64,000 bases of DNA from Eledone cirrhosa (GCA_964016885.1 OZ024758.1:18166001-18230000), one strand, 5' to 3'; counted from the first letter of the stretch, positions 25,859-40,973 are shown. Translations and numbers: made by a program. The notes: generated from the letters alone by a model not told the origin.

Positions 25859-26297
25859 CTCATATATCCATTGCTATTCATCCATTCGCCATTTAGATGC
25901 AAATCAGAATTATGCACACATTTCTATGTTCGAATGGAAATAAGCGACGCACGCATATTTGAATAAAGGTAGATTTACAGATAATATTAAAGACAGGATA
26001 TTATTTGAACTGTAAATCCATATATTCACATATGTCATTCAATATATGATTGTTGTGTACCGAGGTATAAAATGCCATTGTTTTGTAGAGAAACACATTT
26101 CGATATGTATTTAAATTCACTAGTATATAGCATTGGAAAATTCAATAAGATGTTCAATAGTTTCTATTGAATGAATGATAAGAAACAATACTTCTTATAT
26201 TCCATTTTCTTTATCTGCATGAGAATTTCCAGACTGGATATGTATAATCATTTGATTGATCACACTATAGGTCAAAGATCATCATAATATATGTACA

Positions 26298-26490
26298 GTG
26301 GCGGTGGATTGGCAGTGTCAATAGAGAGATTGACACCCTGTTTTACAGCAAATAGTTACGGCACTTTATGGTCTGAGTTCAAATCCTACCGAGGTTAACT
26401 TTATCTATCATCATTAAAGGGTCGTCAAAATAAAGCCCCAGTAAGACACTGGCATAATTGCTGGCCGTGTGCCAAAAGTAGAAACAACCA
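26298..26490 (+). mobile_element. Major SINE copy
   Basis: Matches the consensus. Confidence 0.8.
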
Positions 26491-26699
26491 TATGTACAGC
26501 AGGGCGGCATATTGGCGGAGTGGTTCTATCTCTTTCTCACTTTCTGTCTTTCTCTGGAAGAAATCTGCTATACTCGGGCCAGGAGAAGGATGGGCTCCGC
26601 CTGGCTTGAAATTCCCAAGAAATGCCGCATGTAAATACGGCGCCCCTACAACTATATGGGAGTTATGGGACCATGCATAGATGCATATGTACATCAAGC

Positions 26700-27222
26700 A
26701 TAACTGGTGAAAGAGCCACTCATTGGGAAGAAAAAAATGCAAGCGATGCAAGCGTGGCACTGCCCCCGGAGCAGATACAAACTATGCCATGTGGGAATAC
26801 CTAAATAGACTAAGATATGGTGTTGGTCAGCAAAAGTCATCTTGTAAAAATGGAGTATTTAAAGGATGGGGACGTTGCGTATGATTGCAGCATCGAACCT
26901 CAGACTATGCAGCAACTCCTAATATGCCCCCTGCTGGAACACCCCGGCACAGCACTGGACTAAGAAGAGTTTAATGAGAATTGACAGCAATGAGTTCAGC
27001 TGTGGCAGCACCACATTTAGCCAAGCTCTGTTACTGACACTCTTGTGGACACTGTCCATCGGACCACAGATTATGCAGCACGTCCTGATATGTCCCCTGC
27101 TGAAACACCCCTGCACAGCATTGGACATGGAAGAGTTTAATGAGAAAGGGCAGCAATGTGTTCAGCTGTGGCAGAACCACATCTAGCCAAGCTACGTAAC
27201 TGACACTCTTGTAGACATGCCA
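26700..27222 (+). mobile_element. Ingi/Vingi-like LINE 3' remnant with a tandemly duplicated 3' end
   Basis: Degenerate translation W..LNRLRYGVG...KW.YL....DCSIEPQTMQQLLICP, then a second PQIMQHVLICPLLKHPC. 26900-27050 is repeated at 27066-27220. Confidence 0.65.
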
Positions 27223-27905
27223 AAAAGGGAATGAATATGTACAGAATTGTGACTGTGGTCTTTACACACATGATGAAGATATAAACTTGATATAGGTAGC
27301 AAGGCCTTGTAATTTGCAGATATATTTTTTAATATCATAAACAGAAGTAACAAAATATTGATTTTAAATGTGTATGACGTTAACAACATATCCCAATAGT
27401 AATACAACTTTTAGTTCCAAGCTACAGTAAAATACAACATGGCTAGCGCTAGCATACCATCTAGTAATATTCAGGTAGCATCACGTACAGCAATTATGTA
27501 TTCTAAATCTAATCACTGCAAACGAAATATTCAGATATGAACAACTTTTCAAAAAATCATAACCCTCTCAACTCTTATAAAACTAGATTGTTTATTCATA
27601 ACAAAATATCTGGCTGATAGATAAATCTTTAAACATGGAAATGAGTAATCAGTAGCCCCATTGATTAAATGGTAACACGTCCACATGGTATATGGAAGGT
27701 CTACGTTTCCACTTGCAAGGGCTTATGTGTCTTAGACATTTCATAGTAAAAATGTATTGATTGTTTATCCACAAACATAAACTAAAATTAATCTATCTTT
27801 TGTAAATTGATAAATCTATCAACGCTTCTATAAAATAAAGTACCAGTAATGTACTGGTGAATTGCTGGCCTTGTGTCAAAAGTAGAAACAATTATATATA
27901 TATAA

Positions 27906-27971
<66 letters not shown>

Positions 27972-27975
<4 letters not shown>

Positions 27976-28072
27976 GATGTCCACCAAAAGGGTATACCCA
28001 CTTGTATTAACTGTACAGGCAATAATTATTAGAGTGCACAGACTGTGTGTATACATTTTTAGTACACCCTAT
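27972..28072. mobile_element. Putative tiny Tc1/mariner-like MITE
   Basis: TA-CAGGATGTCCACCAAAAGGGTATAC ... GTATACATTTTTAGTACACCCTA-TA imperfect TIRs with TA flanks. Confidence 0.45.
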
Positions 28073-29197
28073 ATATGTATATATATATATATACAAGGGT
28101 AGGCCGAAACGTTTCTAGGCAGGCTGATTATGGAGGAGTTATGTTAGACCTGTAAAATCTTGAATCCATTAATTCCAAATCTTTTTATTAATAACTTCAT
28201 TGTCTTTTCCCAGGTATATATGTCGGTAACAAAACCTCATTTAGTCACCCCATGAGAGTATCTTGGTCAGGCTATGGAGTCTTCAGCTATATTTAGTAAA
28301 ACAATTATTATACACAGGATGAATATATATATAACTCTAAGTCATAGTAAACGCAACGTTGCAGAGAATGCTAAATTCATTGATCAGTCACCCTGTCATA
28401 TATTACTACTGTGTGTTTTTATCCTTAAGAGAGAAGGGTTATATTCATGGTAGTTTTATCAGATATAACATTATGTCATCATGCAATCACGATTCATTGA
28501 CTTGCCATTCACAACCAATCACGTGGTACGGCCTTTATTCAAATGTGTTGTTACATATATAATTCTATAGTTACGCATCAGAAGTCAGATGCCTTGGTTG
28601 GGTGCACCTATCATTATTTACTAATATGTGAGTCGAAGCATTAATAAGGTTATGAAATTATGAATGGGAATTAAACTTTATCCCGTAAGAATGCATTTCT
28701 ATAGATAAAAGCTTCAAATTTAGATCTAAAGTGAATTTGTCTCATAACAATTTACATTACCGTGACAAATTTGCCCTAATTATATGTAACTGCATTCAAC
28801 ACATTCGCATAGAAGATTATTGAATTTCTAAATAGTCCTTAAACACGACATCAGAGATATTTCTGTTTATATCAGTAAAATGATTAAGCAAATATCAATG
28901 ATTATTGCTCAATAGTTTTCTTACAAAACTCATATCATCCAATTAAACGGTGAGTTAGAAAGCATTAGCGTTATTTCTTCCACGACTCCCTTTGCTCCTG
29001 CATAATATGCAACGGCTGCACCAGCACAATATGTAACAATAGCACCGGCATAATATGAAGCTTCCAGAAAATCCATACATAAAATGTTATATCGTGTGAT
29101 CGGGTGTGAAGTGACGTTCACTACATTTATAAATGTAGTATGCATTCCGGCATCCATATATATACTAGTAGATGTTTGTGTAAATAATTATATACTG

Positions 29198-29199
<2 letters not shown>

Positions 29200-29240
<41 letters not shown>

Positions 29241-29299
29241 ACACACACACAGACACACACACACACAGACACACACACACACACACATACACACACACA

Positions 29300-29380
<81 letters not shown>
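29200..29380. repeat. (CA)n(TA)n microsatellite
   Basis: Direct reading. Confidence 0.95.
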
Positions 29381-29384
<4 letters not shown>

Positions 29385-29632
29385 ATTTAAAACTGCACTA
29401 TCCACAAGTGTTTTTTAGCCTTCATATCATGTTCTCCTGTTTTATCTGATGAAAACACAAATATTATTGCATGATGATGTTTGTTTTTGAAATGCGCATA
29501 ATAAAATACATTGAACTCCTTTAACCATCTTTTGATCTTATATTATGCATACTCCAGTCCTACAAACTGTAGAGTGCTTCTTATCCGATATCTGCATTGC
29601 TTTATTGTACTACAATAAAACTCACCTCCTAC

Positions 29633-29634
<2 letters not shown>
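29381..29634 (+). mobile_element. PLE-like element family C; HHR at 29440-29506
   Basis: Near-identical to 24570-24824 and inserted inside (TA)n. Confidence 0.85.
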
Positions 29635-29716
<82 letters not shown>

Positions 29717-29839
29717 ATGGAGGCAGTAAAAACGAGTTAGACCATTACTCACTAGAGTACTCAATACTTAGAGTAGTAGAATGTTTGGATCTGGCTATTG
29801 AAATGGCCGGAGCTCACCCGTCGGGGTCCTGCATTTTTT

Positions 29840-29876
<37 letters not shown>

Positions 29877-31401
29877 AAATTAAATGAGAAAGATCTTTAA
29901 TTCTCGGAGTATAAACCAGATAGATGAAATATATTTTCTATCTATCCTCGTTTATGTATAGATCTCCCTACTATGGCTTCATATGGGGAAGAATTATTAT
30001 TGGAACCACCTATAATTCTAGAATCCACCATAGTCTCTCCAAGACCATCCTGGCTACATACCCACCTCATCTCTGAACTCTCCAGTATACAAGCACATAT
30101 TCGATGTACGCCCATACACTCAGGAACTCCTCTACGTATATCCACCTTTTAATACATGTTCTAGAGGCAGCATTTCACCGCTAGACCTTGAGCATTTTTC
30201 AAAGTGTAATTCAGCAGTGTGTTTTGAAAACAAGGTTTAGCTCGCAAATTCTGGTGCTATTATAGAACTAACAAGCTCACAAAGATATTGGTTAGATTAT
30301 CTATAACAAGAGTATGAAATGTTTAACAAAATACATTGGATGGCAATGCGAATAACAAAAAACTTTCGAAAGTGATCTCTAACACATGTCGGTAGACTAA
30401 CATATTAATAATAATAATAATAATAGTAATAGTAATAATAATAGCAATAATAATAATCATACTAACTATAATAACGATGGCAATAAAAATGATGAATTTT
30501 AGGATAGGCACAAGCCAATAATATTGCGTAATAATGATAGCCATAATAACAATATTGTTTAACTATTTATAATCATTTATTTCTGTTTATGATAAATAAC
30601 AAGATGATGGTGAAGAAAATTTATTTTTGAAAATTGACATTTATGAATTAGAATTAAAGTAATAATTCATGTTACCGAAAATAAACTATAAGTTACTTAT
30701 GGCATATGTATTAGAAACTAATTCCAGATAATATCCAAAGGCTATATTAAAATTTCTTGCTGTTTTAAATTGTGTTACTGTACTGGAAAGTAATCCGGAC
30801 ATTGGAAAATAAATTCTGTCAAATATAAATCGAAATATATTTAAACCTATTTCGGTTGTTTTTTTATTTCCTTCTTTAAGTTATATATTATGAAAAATAT
30901 AAATAATATACAGCTAGTTCTGTGTGGTCGATGATATTTATCGGATAATATAAAACTGAAATTAAATTATATTACACACTACAGCAAAATAAATATATAC
31001 AGAGAATATATGTAATATAAGCTTGCATAGTAAATTGACAAATGTAGTAGCTCCCTGTATATAAATCAAGTTATTTACAATCTAAGTTTTAAACACTAAA
31101 AATAATTTTTGAGATAATGATAAAACATTTTTTTCGTAAGGTTTCTGTAGCAATCTGTTGCTCGGTGAATTGTTAATTGGCCAAAGATTAGTCCCTGCTT
31201 TCAGAGGCTCAATATATCGAGCAGAATTCTGGCAGTGGTAATGATGTTAGAAATGTAAACACTGCCTAGGCAGTTGGGAATCCTAGGAGATGTCAGAAGT
31301 AAGGCGTTTAGGGACCGTGCCTAGCTCCCAAATGACGAATGGCATGACTTCTGTCTGTACATTCTGCTCAGTTTTAATAAACCCTGCAAGGTATGCACAC
31401 T

Positions 31402-32320
31402 TATCATCCTTACGGGGTCGATAAAATAAAGTACCAGTAATGCACTGGGACAATTGCTGGCCTTGTGCCAAAAGTAGAAACAATTAGTATTGTTGGATTG
31501 GCAGTATCGGTAGAGGGTCGAACGCCATGTTTTTCAGCAAAGTATTACGGCTCTTTATGATCTGAGTTCAAATTCGGCCGAGGTTAACTTTGCCTTCCAT
31601 CCTTACAGGGTCGATAAAAGTACCAGTAATGCACTGGGATAATTGCTGGCCTTGTGCCAAAAGTAGAAACAATTATTATTGTTGGATTGGCAGTATCGGT
31701 AGAGGGTCGAACGCCATGTTTTTCAGCAAAGTGTTGCGGCCTTTTATGATCTGAGTTCAAATTCGGCCGAGGTTAACTTTGCCTTTCATCCTTACAGGGT
31801 CGATAAAAGTCCCAGTAATTCACTGGGATAATTGCTGGCCTTGTGCCAAAAGTAGAAACAATTATTATTATTGTTGCTGTTATTAGTATTATTGGACTGG
31901 ATTGGCTGTATTGGTAGAGGGTCAGACGCCATGCATTGTGGTACAGAGTTATGGATCTTTACATTCTGAATTCAAATCCTGCCACGGTTAGCTTAGATTC
32001 TCATCCTTATTTGGTCTATAAAATAAAGCACCAGTAATATACTGTGGTCAATTTACTCGACTTTCCCCTCCCCACAAACAAACTGCTGGCCTTGTTCCAA
32101 AAGTACAAACAATTATTATTGCTATTGTTGGATTGGCAGAATCGGTAGAGCGTCTAATGCCATGCTTTGCAGCAAATAGTTATAGCCCCTTATGGTCTGA
32201 GTTCAAATCCTTCCGAGGTTAACTTTGCCTTTCATCCTTATGGGGTCGATAATATAAAGTACCAGTAATACTCTGGGATAATTGCTGGCCTTGCGCGAAA
32301 TGTAAAGACAATTATTATTG
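31402..32320 (+). mobile_element. Head-to-tail array of ~5 SINE copies
   Basis: A 3' fragment at 31402-31485, then units starting near 31494, 31683, 31899 and 32129. The second and third units are nearly identical. Confidence 0.85.
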
Positions 32321-32477
32321 ATGTTGTTGTTGTTAACATTATTATCATCATTTTTGTTGTTGAGACAATGCAGTTTGATTTCTCAGAATATGGATGTTTA
32401 ACACTATTACAAACAAACCACACCGTCTCTTTATTTTTAAATGGCAAGGACTTCCATTGACAATTGCTTTAGTAAAT

Positions 32478-32666
32478 TAATTGTTTCTACTTTAGGCACA
32501 AGGCCAGCAATTACCCAGTGTATTACTGGTACTTTATTTTATCGACCCTGTAAGGATGAAAGGCAAAGTCAACCTCGGCGGGATTTGAACTCAGATAGCA
32601 AAGGGACGTAACTATGCTGGAAAGCATGGCGTCCGACTCTCTACCGATACTGCCAATCCACCGCCC
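32478..32666 (-). mobile_element. Major SINE copy with TSD
   Basis: TAGTAAATTAAT occurs on both sides. Confidence 0.9.
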
Positions 32667-33411
32667 TAGTAAATTAATACTGGTATAATATTATTCATCA
32701 TTGTCGTATTTCAAATATCCACAGTGATTGGTGACCATATAGGAACATTACTAAAGTGTCATATTGACACCGAACCGAATAGTTCGCTCAACAAACCAAG
32801 CACAGTGGCAAATACTTTATATATAGCACTTCCGTTCATGTCAGTTTAATATATATACAAATTTGAAATTAATAAAGCCTTACCCAGTGAAAATAACTAT
32901 AGATATGATAGGCAGGAGATTATGTATCAAGGCTTGAATGTAAAATAGAATAAGTATATGTTACCAAATGATATATCAAAATAGTAATAAAGAAAATATA
33001 TTATTTTCTAGACAAACAGACTAAATGCATTTTGATATTATTTAGTGTCAGCTTACATGCGACGAATATCAAAAGGAATCTGCTATGAAATTAATGTATT
33101 GCTGTACTATTTGGGTGATGATATCCCTAATGGCAAGATTATGGTTTTAGAATGTATTGTCTCCTAAGGCACGCTCAAACATAATTGTTTTCCTGCCTAG
33201 GAAAAAAATCAAATTTGTTATCCAATAATTTATGAAGGTGTACGTTCTTGCTGTTGTCCTATGACATGATTATCGATCAACATTACTATATTATATAGAT
33301 ATAACAATTCTAAAAATGCGCTTTGATATGAACTTGGTTTTTTATTTATTCATATTTTGACTATTTAGAAAATGTATCAAGCTAATAATGCAATAACAAA
33401 CGCCATTATTT

Positions 33412-33697
33412 GCAGTGGTTCGGCAGTACTGGGAGAGTGTCAGACAGCATGCTTTGCAGCATAGAGTTATTGCCCTTTTCGTTCTGAGTTCAAATCCCAC
33501 CGAGGTTAGATTTGCCTTTCATCCTTGCGGAGTTGATAAAACAAAGTACCAGTAATGCACTGGGCTCGATTTTTGGTTAGAGCCCAGTAATGCACAGTAT
33601 GGAGTTATAACCCTTTACGTTCTGAGTTCAAATCACTCCGAGGTTAACTCTGCCTTTCATTCTTACGGGTTGATAAAATAAAACACTAGTAATGCAT
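33412..33697 (+). mobile_element. Two degenerate SINE copies
   Basis: Two CTGAGTTCAAATC..CCGAGGTTA..TGCCTTTCAT cores. Confidence 0.7.
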
Positions 33698-33857
33698 CTT
33701 TCCATATATTCATCCCTTTTGTGTTTAGGAAACGTGTGAGAACATGGACATTTTCATTTTGTGAATATGTTGATGTACTCAAGGTTTGTAATCCACGCAC
33801 AGACACACACCTACATATTCACCTACACACACACACAAACAAGCACGGATAAGTTTT

Positions 33858-33956
33858 AATATAGAAATGGTTTCTACATGACTAGAACTATTTCATTCGA
33901 AGGAAATCATCAGGAATAGAAGAGTTCTAGTCCTGTAGAAGCCATTTTTATTTTAA
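33858..33956 (-). mobile_element. Family A element: degenerate minus-strand HHR (33872-33916) plus a partial inverted arm
   Basis: Minus strand TTC-CTGATGA-tttccttcgaat-GAAA-tagttctagtcatG-TA-GAA. 33924-33950 is the inverted copy of the left end. Confidence 0.65.
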
Positions 33957-33970
33957 ATATATATATATAT

Positions 33971-34069
<99 letters not shown>

Positions 34070-34076
34070 TGTATAT

Positions 34077-34187
<111 letters not shown>

Positions 34188-35583
34188 GTGCATGTGTGTA
34201 TCATTTTATAGCCCCTAATTAGGATAATGACATATGGTCCAAAATAGATTTATATTATGTCAACCACGTTGATATACAGAACATACACATTATAATTATC
34301 ACAGCTATCGTATATATATAATCATGTCCCTAATAATAATTCGTTCAATTCGATAATCATCTACAACATTAACATTCTTAGAATCTCTCCACATATCAAC
34401 AATCAGACAGTTTTCATTATGTTGTAATGAAACATACACCAATTACTTTAGTTTGTGAATAGAGCAGCGACGTAAAGGTGACATTTTGTAGCATATTATG
34501 AACCTTGATTTGTTTTTCATATCATTTTACATGTTCTGTTAACATAGATTCAAGGAATTATTGTGATTATTATTTTTTTGTCTTCCCGCTCATGTTTTAT
34601 AAATAATTTTACAATGTATTCTGCATTCTATATTCTGCTTTAATGACCCCTACAATGTGTAGCCATTAATCGTCTAAACAATAAACATAATCGTTAGAAT
34701 TTTCAATTAGCTTGTACTTGATCAGAATACCGATTTAGAAAAGGAAATAATCTCAAGGAAAAACATGATATAATGAATATGTATTTCATTACTGACTCTG
34801 GAAAAAAAAATTCTTTTCTACATGACTTCCAATTAGATTCTATATCTATAGATAACTGTACATTCCTATTTGATTTGATTTCAGGATTTGTTAGAAACAC
34901 ATGGAGAAAAATAATATATATCCGGTAAGCTTACATTACAATGGTTATTGAATACTTTAAGTTTGACATACATAGTAAATGTTGCATTGAAACGATCCAT
35001 TAACTCTTTAACAGGCCGTATCCAGCCAGGATTTTCTCACCTCTTTCTGTTCAATGTGTGACCGGCTGTTTATACTTATGTTAAGGTACTGTTCTCAAAA
35101 TCAATAATATCAAAATCACATAGATTCTATATTATCTGAGATAAATAAATCCTTTACCATAAAAATAGAAAAGTAAATATAAAATAATGTAAATGCTAAA
35201 GACTAAAATCTCTTTTAGTTAATTCTATAAAGCATATTTAGGTTTTGTTTATACGTGAGCTGGTTAACTAGAATGGTTGGTTAAACCGTCCTCAAACCAA
35301 ACAGCACCAACTTTTATTGCAAAGATAATGTTGTCCGGCAAACCATAAGAATGATGAGTGTCGTTATCGCAATCATTTTATCCATAGCTTTAAACAAGTG
35401 AAGACTTCTGGTGTTCTAGGTCCTAGGGCCACTCCCTACTCATCATCATTGGTACTGAGTTTGCTACCCACATATATGAGCCTCACCAGTTGGAATGGCT
35501 CCTACAGAGCATCTCCCTCACCATCCTCCGGGGAAACACTTGCTCTGTTCTGTCTGCCGGCCTTATTATTTGCACCTAATTGG

Positions 35584-35750
35584 AGGGTTGGACGCCATGC
35601 TTTGTAGCATAGTTACGTCCCTTTACAGTCTGAGTTCAAATCCCGCCGAGGTTAACTTTGCCTTTCATCCTTACGGGGTCGATAAAATGAAGTACCAGTA
35701 ATGTACTGAAAATTGCTGGCCTTGTGCCAAAAGTAGAAACAATTATTATT
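35584..35750 (+). mobile_element. 5'-truncated SINE with a ~22-bp TSD
   Basis: TTATTATTTGCACCTAATTGGA lies both before and after the element. Confidence 0.9.
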
Positions 35751-36949
35751 TGCACCTAATTGGAAGAGATGGGGAAAGCAGGAGAGATAGCGAGAGCGGG
35801 TGAGACAGAGTCAGTCACAGTGGAAATGTGGTTCCTTTGTGTTCGGAGCTGGTGTATATGTAAACATTTCACGGACACACACTCAGAATTATTTCAATCA
35901 AAAACATTATCAGCTTTAAAAAAAGTAATGTTGATATTGTCTAAATAGAAACAATGGCAATATACTTGGAAATGTCAAGTGATTATTTGTAAGAAAAAAT
36001 CAAATTTGCTAATGAATTGACATTGTGAAAGATTTCTAATATATCGACATATATCTTACTTGAAACCTCAATCCGACAACTTATCTACTAAAATATTGTG
36101 ACAGCGAAATTAATATTCTATTTATATGTATGATAGCATATATGAGAATATCCCTTGTATATAGTTACTTACACATACACTCACACACATAAATATAATC
36201 CGAGAATAATTTGATTATTTCGTTTTTAATTTTTCATGAGTATTTGCACAATTCTTTATAATGAATTATAATAATAAACATATCGATGGTAAATATTATT
36301 GTTAGAAATGTTGTGGTCTTATTATACACCTCATGAGAAAACATTCGTTGGGCATTTATTTTTATAGACTTTTAGGAAATATCTTAATTTAATCAATGAC
36401 ATTAAACTACTATACCAAGATAGACATATATCTATCTGTGGGATTTAAAGGATATATTTTCATTGTTCACAATCACCCAAGTGTTTCAAGATAAAGTGCT
36501 TTGCAGTTGTTCCTTGTCCATGCATTCAAGTCTCCCATGTGTGAACACATATGAGCTAATGACTTTTAAGCGGTTAGCTCTCCGCTTTCTGGCATAATCT
36601 AGGGGGACATTATGAAATATTGTGCTCTTTTTAAAAGAAGGATATTATCAGGAATGAAAAAAAACAACAATGAAAATATTGGTTTGTTGGTCAGATTTGG
36701 CGAGTTCAAACCCACTTGGTATGAAAATGAGGTATGGGATCCAGTGGTCGAATAGAATTCCCAATTTGGAAAAGTAACAGTTCTACTTGGAATATATTTT
36801 AGAATATATGGTAGAAACTCTAGGTTATATCAGGTGTGTTTTCACCAAATATTTTAAAAGTATAAGCTTGCATGCTACGATGTAATAGTAATATACCTGA
36901 ACTGCAAAGAATAGATGAATCGAGAGAGAGACTGAGGAATCAAATGATG

Positions 36950-37448
36950 TTTGCAGGAGAGGAGGTTGCGTTGGTATGTACATGTGATGCGTATGAAGGA
37001 TGACAGCTGCATAAAAAGGTGCAGAAACTAGAATTCTATGGATGCGGTGTAATGGGGAGACGCAACAAGACCTGGGATGAGGTGATGAAAGCCGACCTTG
37101 CCCAATTGCAACTCTCAAAGGCGATGACACACGACCGTGACCTCTGGCGTCGCACATTAATACAGAAGACCCGACTTCCCACGGGTACAAGCCGAAGCTG
37201 AAGCATATAGACAATATTCCCCACGCCTCCCACTGCAAAGTGGTCGTCTAGGCGCCACGGAAAAAAATCACCCAGCACTCACTGTAAATGACGTTGGTAT
37301 TAGGAAGGGCATCCAGCTCTAGAAATCGAGGCAAAATCAGTTCCCATATGAGCAAGACAAGGTCAGTTGAGCGGGCACTGCCAACAACAGGACAACTCGT
37401 CTAACCCATGCTAGCGTAGAAGAATGGACGTAAAATGGTGATGATGAT
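36950..37448 (+). mobile_element. RTE LINE 3' fragment plus RTE-tailed repeat
   Basis: Peptide G...GRRNKTWDEVMKADL..L.LS.AMT.DRDLWR; ends AACCCATGCTAGCGTAGAAGAATGGACGTAAAATG(GTGATG). Related minus copy at ~62030-62345. Confidence 0.75.
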
Positions 37449-38501
37449 ATATTGTATGTTTTCTCCACTGAGGAATTTATGTTGACATATAAATAGTTAT
37501 AGATAAGCATCTGAAACACCCAATAGCATTTTCTTTACAAAAGAAATTCTCTGATTTCAATAGACATGAAAACACGTGATCAAAATTCGAGCCATCAGCC
37601 AGAATCTAGCTCAGAGTATTTTATTTTCTCACCCAATAATAGATTGTTCTTATAACACACGGTCTTAGCATAGAATTACTTCTAAACACAACCACAAGGA
37701 GGTGGTCCGAGCATGGAAGAGCCGAATTCCCACTGTCATCGCCTCCATCTCTCTCAGTCGCCGTATCTCTATCTATGGTGAGCACATGGAGTACCACGTG
37801 CCACGTCGGACAGAATGGAGAAGGCGTTTCCCTGGAGGATGGTAAGGAAGATGCGCTGGAAGAGCCATTGAAATCCAGAGAATTGTGTGTTTGTGGTTAT
37901 TAAAACATTTGATAGTACTTCTATAACCTAAGTAACAATTAAACGCTGCAGTTGCCAAGTATATAACATATATTTGTACATAATGAACGAACTTTTCACT
38001 GATTCTAATGACGATGTTTCGGGATAATGAGTGCAGTAGGGATGAAGAAGCTAGCACACTATAATATAATGAGAGTAATGAGATTCATTGCGGTAGTGAT
38101 TACAATTTAAAGGTGATAATAAAGAAAACAGAAAGCTAAAAATGGTGATAGTGGTGATGATGATAATGATGGTGATGATTACGATGGCGGTGATGACAGC
38201 AGCAATGGCAATTAAAACGTTCAAGGTAGTTGTGTCAGCAGGTGTGAAAACCATGAAGTTGAATGATTAGGAAAATATGAAAGTTGGCTGAACAATGCTT
38301 AAAATGAAGTTAATAGTGTCTACAATGATTCTTCACGTTTTAATGTAACATGTATAGAAGAATTCCTTTCCCAATGTTTCAAGACTCACCTTACGCATGC
38401 GAAGCACCCATTAATATAGAAATGATTTTAGCTATCAGAAATTGCAGACATTAATATTTGTTCTAAGATATTTTACAATATTCTTCTCTGTAAACATTAT
38501 A

Positions 38502-38686
38502 GTGGCAGTATCGGTAGAGGGTCTGACGTCATGCTTTACAGCAAAGATTTACGGCCCTTTATGGTCTAATTTCAAATCCCGCCGAGGTTAACTTTGTCTT
38601 TCATCCTTACGCGGTCGATAAAATAATGTAGCAGTAATACACTGGGACAATTGCTGGCCTTGTGCCAAAAGTAGAAACAGTTATTT
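38502..38686 (+). mobile_element. Major SINE copy
   Basis: Matches the consensus. Confidence 0.85.
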
Positions 38687-40516
38687 ATTGCATATGTATG
38701 TAGTCAAATTATCCCTATGTTACAGCTTGATGTATGACATTTTGATACAACTTAAAGGACATATTGCGCAATTCAATCCTTGTCACACCTCCACATTACT
38801 TATGAAAAATTACATCTATCATTATAAATAGTTGCGACTCCTGTGTGACGTTTGGATCACCCTGTATATAATTTATAGTAATCATTCTATTTTAAAATAT
38901 CCATGGAAGCTTTGAATCGAAACTCGGGTTGGACATTTTGTGCATTCCCAAATGAACCCTAAACAATCTGACTTCTGATCAAAGATGATTCAGCCATGCT
39001 CATGCCATCTTATTTCCACACATTGTATATCAAGGGCAAATTTATTGAACTTGATGCGCTTCATTATCATCATCATCATCAAATAACACCTATCTTCCAT
39101 GCTAGCATGGGTTAGACGTGTTTGTCTCATTTGGAGGCAAGTTAGGTTTTCAGCCGCATAAATTATCACTATTCCTAATGAATACAGCGACCTCTTAACA
39201 GTCTTCTGTTTTGGTTGGTGATAAAGTAAATATTTCGTTTTAGTTTTTATTAATGCTCGATGTATTTCACTCGATGTTGCATGTCATGTTCAATATATTT
39301 TTCACGCGTTGTTTTGTTTTGCTTACGCCCTTTCTAAGACTAGAGACGCAACTGGTTATTTCCTTCTTGTTGTTTATGACAAATACACCACCCATGACAA
39401 GTCATGCAACTCTGATTCGACTATGAATGTAATTAAATGCTCCTAACTAATCACTGGTCGCAATGACTTATTTAGCTAACCGGGGAACAAAAGTACAAAT
39501 CTCGCTACATGTAGCCGATATAAAGACATAAATGATTTACAGTACATAGTGGTTTCCGATTGATAAAATAAAAAGTCACTCATATTGCTGGCCTCCCTAC
39601 AGCCCCAGCGGACAGAATAGAGAAGGCATTTCCCCGGAGGACGGCAAGGGAGACAAATATAAATACAATGTAAATATTATGTTGTGGCTGCCAGAAAATA
39701 CTGTTTCTCTTTCTATAGAAAACTCGATTTCCTTATGGTGGGAGGAAAATAGGTCTAGATAATAGATAATAACCTGCACGACATTATTGTCAGTTAACCC
39801 CAGCCCAGTCTTGATCCAGTAAAACAATGATTAGAGGCATTCTAAGCGTAACAATTCGTCACTTCATTGATACTGCAGACAGTATTATCTTAAAGGACAG
39901 GATCCTAATTTGAAGAACATCTAGCTGCAATATCTAGCATGTCTCACGAAGTGTGTAAAGACACATTCAATGGTTCGTCGTATAAAAATGATCTAGACGT
40001 TAGTATTATAAGTATTCTTATATTTCGGGACGGTCATGTTGTTATAATATTGCCACAAATATATGATAATACAAACACACTGGTTTGGGTTGGTTTTGCT
40101 TCATTTTATTTCATATTTTTATAATCAGTTTAGCAGTCAATCAATGTTTATTATTGATTTACCAACAGTTAAAAATATAGATATAAATATTTGTTTCAAC
40201 ACATAATTTCATATCAAAAGCCTGGCAAAACTAATGTATCGCTGTCACAAATTTATAAGTAGATACTTTAAATCAATCCATTTTCCGTCAAATATTGTGC
40301 TCACTTGGTGCCTGCAAACATCCAACGTTGAATATTATAAAATTGTCAAAAGCAGGAGCGGTTGACTGCACCTGCGTAATAACAATTTATTATCAATCGG
40401 CACAGCAGCAGGGTATTAATGGCAACCGTGTAATGGCGTATATTTTCGGTGAGCTGTATTAGACATAATGCATAGGAATTTGTTTCAATTCAAATACTTA
40501 TTTACTTGTATGCACT

Positions 40517-40795
<279 letters not shown>

Positions 40796-40973
40796 ATATT
40801 CCTACACATTTGCACAGAAATATTCCTACATATTTGCACAGGAAACACTCAAATTCAAACAGATTGTCAAACACAGAAATCTTAAGTTCATTTATGTATA
40901 TAAGCGTGTGCTAGCGTTATTTTCTGTGTATTTAATAAATGTATCATCATCATAATCTTCATTATTATTATTA

